Under the pieces are notes generated by a model that saw nothing but the letters and a program-made list of their open reading frames with translations, did no database searches and had not been told where the DNA came from. The translations under genes were made by a program, and so were the position numbers. Shown here one piece after another: positions 62,301 through 64,000 of a stretch of DNA of 64,000 bases; position 1 is the stretch's first letter, and every line of letters starts with the position of its first letter. The stretch comes from Phoronis australis. Taxonomy: Eukaryota > Animalia > Phoronida. Location: the NCBI GenBank assembly GCA_002633005.1, contig NMRA01000799.1, forward strand, positions 1 to 64,000. The letters are read 5' to 3'.

Positions 62301-63558
62301 ACGTGATTAACGCATCTCCCCCTAGTTGCAATTTTATTATTTTATGTTTGCATCTCTGTCTTCAGAGGCCAATGAATAATGAAATTCAGCAAATAGGTTT
62401 CTGTTAAGGCCATGTAGAACCCTAGAAAAATAACAAAACCTGGTAAACTTGCGAGATAGCTGATCAGGTTGATAATAAAACTTTCCGGGGCTCTTCTTCT
62501 GTAGGCCCTGCTCGACCCTAACTTTAGGAATTGTTTATCATAAGGGGCTATCAAACAAAAGTTTTTGGAAGTTGTATGAAACAAAAGACAGATTGTAACA
62601 ACGTTTTTAGATACATTGATGTCAACTGAAACTTGAAAGCCAAGGTCAGCACATCATCAACTTGACAGCAGTTTTCAGAATGTTTACCTGTAGAAAATAA
62701 ATACTTTTACTGACTTAAAGTCTGTTGTTTGTATCAATTTGGATAAAAACACAGACATATGGACAATATCATACATATCGTTGAGAAAACGAGATGTTTT
62801 AATTTCCATTTCCAGACAGATTGAAAATTTTGCATGAGCTAAAGGCCATTTTTATTATTTACCGCCTACTTTTGGCTTCTGCCTTTTCATTTGTATAACT
62901 ACTAACAAGATCAGGTCCCTATTATTGTGGCTCCCCCTAGTGACAATTTTGTATTAATACGTCTGCAATTCTATCTCATTAAGCCCTTCAAGGATGAATT
63001 TGACAATTGGAGCGGGTTTTTCGGTTCCAGTGTTTTTGCTGATTGCAACGTGTGCCTGTCGACGGCGAGTAAATCTATGTCTTGTAGAGAACGATAACTT
63101 CCACATCTTTCTGTGTATTCTTATTGGTTTATAATTTAGAGTTTTGTACTTTCTTCCTGAGGTATGAGAAGATAGGTACTTAAGCAATTTAACTTGAATT
63201 TCATGAAATGATGTGAAATCTGTGATTGCTCCTTAACTGATGTTGCTGTCATGCCGGATGGCGTTCAGGAAATAGGTAATCATTCTCCACAGTCACGTTA
63301 TTTAATAATAAAATTACATAACAGCAAAGCGTTTTCTTCCACTGACGTGCAATAAGTTATGTTTTGTACTTAACATTGTGTTTCCCACTGAAGTGCGTTC
63401 CCCTTGTTTTCCAACAGGCCTCAGCAACTGCAGTATGCATAATGGCGGATGTAGTCATTTCTGCTTCCCGACCTTCGATCCACAGGTCACCACAGGTCGA
63501 GTGTGTGGTTGCCCTGACAACATGAGATTGGAAGCGGGGACTAACACCTGTAAAGAAA
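19046..63558 (+). CDS. LRP-like unit 2 (3' incomplete): propellers 1-4 with EGFs plus duplicated EGF-propeller-EGF cassette; 30 visible exons
   Basis: Phase-consistent exon chain except one exon expected in or near gap 43829-44549; YWVD, FFTD, YWSD, YWCD, YWTD, FWAD, YWLD, YWID motifs. Confidence 0.85.
19793..19964 (+). CDS. Exon: propeller 1 ([16 protein letters not shown]...PTGIAVDP)
   Basis: Canonical YWTD blade, 172 nt, phase 1-2. Confidence 0.9.
21235..21359 (+). CDS. Exon: propeller 1 ([25 protein letters not shown])
   Basis: YWSD..IE...DG motif; tatcag acceptor, G|gtaagt donor. Confidence 0.9.
22689..22860 (+). CDS. Exon: propeller 1 ([14 protein letters not shown]...[10 protein letters not shown])
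   Basis: YWCD motif; AA|gtaagt donor; phase 1-2. Confidence 0.9.
23318..23440. repeat. (TG)n microsatellite
   Basis: Seen directly. Confidence 0.9.
23727..23842 (+). CDS. Exon: propeller 1 end (HIMYVNKMD...FGKLGGLTL)
   Basis: ttccag acceptor, AAG|gtaat donor; phase 2-1 links its neighbours. Confidence 0.8.
24323..24451 (+). CDS. Exon: EGF 1 ([14 protein letters not shown]...CHC.HG..L..NDKNC)
   Basis: Canonical LRP EGF, phase 1-1. Confidence 0.92.
24836..25046. repeat. Degenerate ~20-bp minisatellite (caccaagggcctgtca-like)
   Basis: About 10 imperfect units, preceded by a purine-rich tract at 24560-24800. Confidence 0.65.
25292..25555 (+). CDS. Exon: propeller 2 start with aromatic-rich loop
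   Basis: Open 264-nt phase 1-1 exon ending [18 protein letters not shown]. Confidence 0.85.
25912..26092 (+). CDS. Exon: propeller 2 ([15 protein letters not shown]...[11 protein letters not shown])
   Basis: Textbook YWTD repeat. Confidence 0.95.
26200..26420. repeat. Degenerate ~40-47 bp tandem repeat (gatctgcatttgaggtgacctccctcacgac-like)
   Basis: 4-5 imperfect units. Confidence 0.5.
27611..27763 (+). CDS. Exon: propeller 2 (YIFWADN...KIERSDLDG...[12 protein letters not shown])
   Basis: Canonical YWTD blade; phase 2-2. Confidence 0.92.
28517..28634 (+). CDS. Exon: propeller 2 ([23 protein letters not shown]...GMTLYD)
   Basis: tttcag acceptor, GAT|gtaagg donor, phase 2-0. Confidence 0.8.
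30260..30419 (+). CDS. Exon: propeller 2 end (GYLFIADY...[12 protein letters not shown])
   Basis: Terminal Y-x4-QP motif; phase 0-1. Confidence 0.88.
31541..31780 (+). pseudogene. 5' remnant of the second transposon gene (acidic N-terminus, frameshifted YFEPY motif; KolX-like)
   Basis: [16 protein letters not shown]...; tactttgagccttac encodes YFEPY in an alternate frame. Confidence 0.4.
31819..32114 (-). pseudogene. THAP zinc-finger N-terminus of a transposase, frameshifted
   Basis: RCVSGGCSN ... [frameshift] PKD...W..FV.R ... LCSAHFE: C2CH THAP signature with conserved P, W, F. Confidence 0.8.
33997..34107 (+). CDS. Exon: EGF 2 ([11 protein letters not shown]...[10 protein letters not shown]...C)
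   Basis: 6-Cys EGF, phase 1-1. Confidence 0.9.
   Translation, partial: LVQMIAVNTCVWRLQRALHPVCAKMDTYWTRLPQRA
34782..35042 (+). CDS. Exon: propeller 3 start (GPYYAITYG...[15 protein letters not shown])
   Basis: ttgcag acceptor, CAG|gtaggt donor; 261 nt open, phase 1-1. Confidence 0.85.
35845..35995 (+). CDS. Exon: propeller 3 ([15 protein letters not shown]...SKLDG...PTSIAVDP)
   Basis: Canonical YWTD blade, phase 1-2. Confidence 0.92.
36625..38812. mobile_element. Cluster of Crypton-like (tyrosine recombinase) elements
   Basis: Decayed DUF3504-type ORF plus an inverted non-autonomous relative; TTATCCCATACGC at 36680 and 36776 (+) and at 38203 and 38799 (-). Confidence 0.65.
37074..37940 (+). 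pseudogene. Crypton-like DUF3504/KIAA1958-type tyrosine recombinase remnant
   Basis: T.KKT...F..W; ELD..V.GF....K.DG..YEP..L; RR.LK.QGK.NR; F.FRG..E.HQL; YLEFNE..TKT; PV..Y..Y..RRP; several stops/frameshifts; C-terminal catalytic part absent. Confidence 0.8.
40036..40161 (+). CDS. Exon: propeller 3 ([20 protein letters not shown]...LCVDYLDR)
   Basis: tttcag acceptor, CG|gtaagt donor; phase 2-2. Confidence 0.88.
40358..40595. mobile_element. hAT-like MITE
   Basis: 11-bp TIR CAGAGGCGGAT...ATCCGCCTCTG with G/C runs; spans join N40562; TSD not clear. Confidence 0.6.
41064..41175 (+). CDS. Exon: propeller 3 ([15 protein letters not shown]...TTFQ), paralogue of 391-502
   Basis: Same length, splice sites and flanking intron similarity. 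Confidence 0.88.
43045..43828. mobile_element. Helentron/HINE-like non-autonomous element (runs into gap)
   Basis: Duplicated head with hairpin ctctgcgc-gtgtaa-gcgcagag, (ttctta)n microsatellite, repeated caaaggtca/aggtca motifs. Confidence 0.45.
43829..44549. other. Assembly gap
   Basis: Run of N followed by (GT)n. Confidence 1.
45028..45162 (+). CDS. Exon A (copy 2): EGF 3
   Basis: [16 protein letters not shown]...; 135 nt, phase 1-1. Confidence 0.92.
45688..45788 (+). CDS. Exon B (copy 2): [33 protein letters not shown]
   Basis: ttccag acceptor, AAG|gtagcc donor, phase 1-0; conserved in the other copies. Confidence 0.85.
46343..46478 (+). CDS. Exon C (copy 2): IYWIDG blade
   Basis: 136 nt, phase 0-1. 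Confidence 0.88.
46729..46900 (+). CDS. Exon D (copy 2)
   Basis: 172 nt, phase 1-2. Confidence 0.9.
47002..47266 (-). repeat. 3' LTR
   Basis: Direct repeat of 51445-51705; preceded on the minus strand by a polypurine tract (GTGAGGGAGAG, 47267-47277). Confidence 0.95.
47353..51433 (-). pseudogene. Gypsy gag-pol with stops and frameshifts
   Basis: Gag (W..Y.ERFE, LRDRLI.GI), two CCHC knuckles, protease MDTGS, RT YLDD, RNase H TDAS/EREALA, integrase [19 protein letters not shown]. Confidence 0.95.
51434..51443 (-). promoter_or_regulatory. Primer binding site TGGCGACGAG (tRNA-Ser(GCU)-like)
   Basis: 1 nt inside the 5' LTR; complementary to ...CUCGUCGCCA; directly followed by the gag ATG. Confidence 0.8.
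51445..51705 (-). repeat. 5' LTR
   Basis: About 11 substitutions and one 4-bp indel versus the 3' LTR (counted by eye). Confidence 0.95.
52253..52419 (+). CDS. Exon E (copy 2)
   Basis: 167 nt, ttgcag acceptor, T|gtaagc donor. Confidence 0.88.
53471..53728 (+). CDS. Exon F (copy 2)
   Basis: 258 nt, phase 1-1. Confidence 0.9.
54646..54795. mobile_element. PIF/Harbinger-like MITE
   Basis: TIRs ggcccggttgcataaaag / ctttatgcaactcaacc; 3-bp TSD CAG; empty site at ~62912. Confidence 0.8.
55311..55451 (+). CDS. Exon G (copy 2): EGF 4
   Basis: 141 nt, phase 1-1, A|gtaagt donor. Confidence 0.92.
55620..56290 (+). mobile_element. Decayed non-LTR retrotransposon fragment with RNase H motif
   Basis: [20 protein letters not shown] resembles the RNase H motif PGH.G..GNE.AD.LA; copy at ~63720-64000; boundaries approximate. 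Confidence 0.55.
57774..57908 (+). CDS. Exon A (copy 3): EGF
   Basis: 135 nt, phase 1-1, in frame with exon 55311-55451. Confidence 0.9.
57978..58253 (-). mobile_element. 5'-truncated poly(A) retroposed insertion
   Basis: Poly(T) at left end, AATAAA on the minus strand, 8-bp TSD GTACTGTT (57970-77, 58254-61); absent at ~45225. Confidence 0.8.
58688..58788 (+). CDS. Exon B (copy 3)
   Basis: 101 nt, phase 1-0. Confidence 0.85.
59359..59494 (+). CDS. Exon C (copy 3)
   Basis: 136 nt, IYWIDG. Confidence 0.88.
59743..59914 (+). CDS. Exon D (copy 3)
   Basis: 172 nt. Confidence 0.9.
60557..60723 (+). CDS. Exon E (copy 3)
   Basis: 167 nt. Confidence 0.88.
61746..62003 (+). CDS. Exon F (copy 3)
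   Basis: 258 nt. Confidence 0.9.
63418..63558 (+). CDS. Exon G (copy 3): EGF
   Basis: 141 nt, A|gtaagt donor. Confidence 0.92.
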
Positions 63559-64000
63559 GTAAGTGACGCAAAACTACCAATTTAGTTTAGCCTACAGAAC
63601 TGTTTATGCTCCATGTTAGGCTCAGGTCAAAGTTCAAGAATAGAATGATTGGAATTAGTTGATATTGGATCATTTCTGCTACTAATGGGCGTTACAAGCA
63701 TATAAGACTGATGTGGAACATTGTCTAGTTCATGTAACAACTGGTAAGAGTCGCTAATGACCCAGTTTCCAATTCTGGTGAGCAAGACGGGCAGAGTCGA
63801 CAATGTCCTTCCAATAAGGAATATTTCGAAATGTTGGAACAGTGTTCTTTGTGCTTGCTTACTCTGTTACACAACTGTAGCACTATGGCAGTGTAGCGGG
63901 CACAAGATATAATAAACATGCTGACAAGTCAAAGGTGCCGAGATGTCTCAGTGCACGATGCGACACCATCATTTTCGCCATAGAGTCGATCGTTGCGATG

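Overview
AT-rich, intron-containing eukaryotic DNA (probably a marine invertebrate; the species cannot be determined from the sequence), from a draft assembly with gaps at 6270-7227 and 43829-44549 and single-N joins at 4012, 10924 and 40562. The + strand carries about 41 GT-AG exons with consistent phases, encoding LDL-receptor-related (LRP-like) YWTD beta-propeller/EGF protein sequence. The locus is repeated at two levels. (1) A ~40.7-kb super-unit (exon 391-502 recurs at 41064-41175) reconstructs as 4x(YWTD propeller-EGF) + CCP/sushi + Pro/Thr linker, about 1376 aa, with no LDL-A repeats or TM segment visible. (2) A 7-exon, 370-aa EGF-propeller-EGF cassette occurs three times, the last two in direct in-frame tandem. 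The P/T linker exon (ends 16115) can splice in frame to the next unit's first exon (19046), so this may be one giant multi-unit protein rather than tandem paralogues. Introns hold a full-length decayed Ty3/Gypsy element (LTRs, PBS, PPT, TSD, empty site in the sister copy), a TTAA-flanked Kolobok-like derivative with a THAP remnant, a Crypton-like tyrosine-recombinase cluster delimited by TTATCCCATACGC motifs, a Harbinger-like MITE, a poly(A) retro-insertion, a LINE RNase H remnant and several simple repeats. All family assignments come from motif recognition by eye, not database searches.
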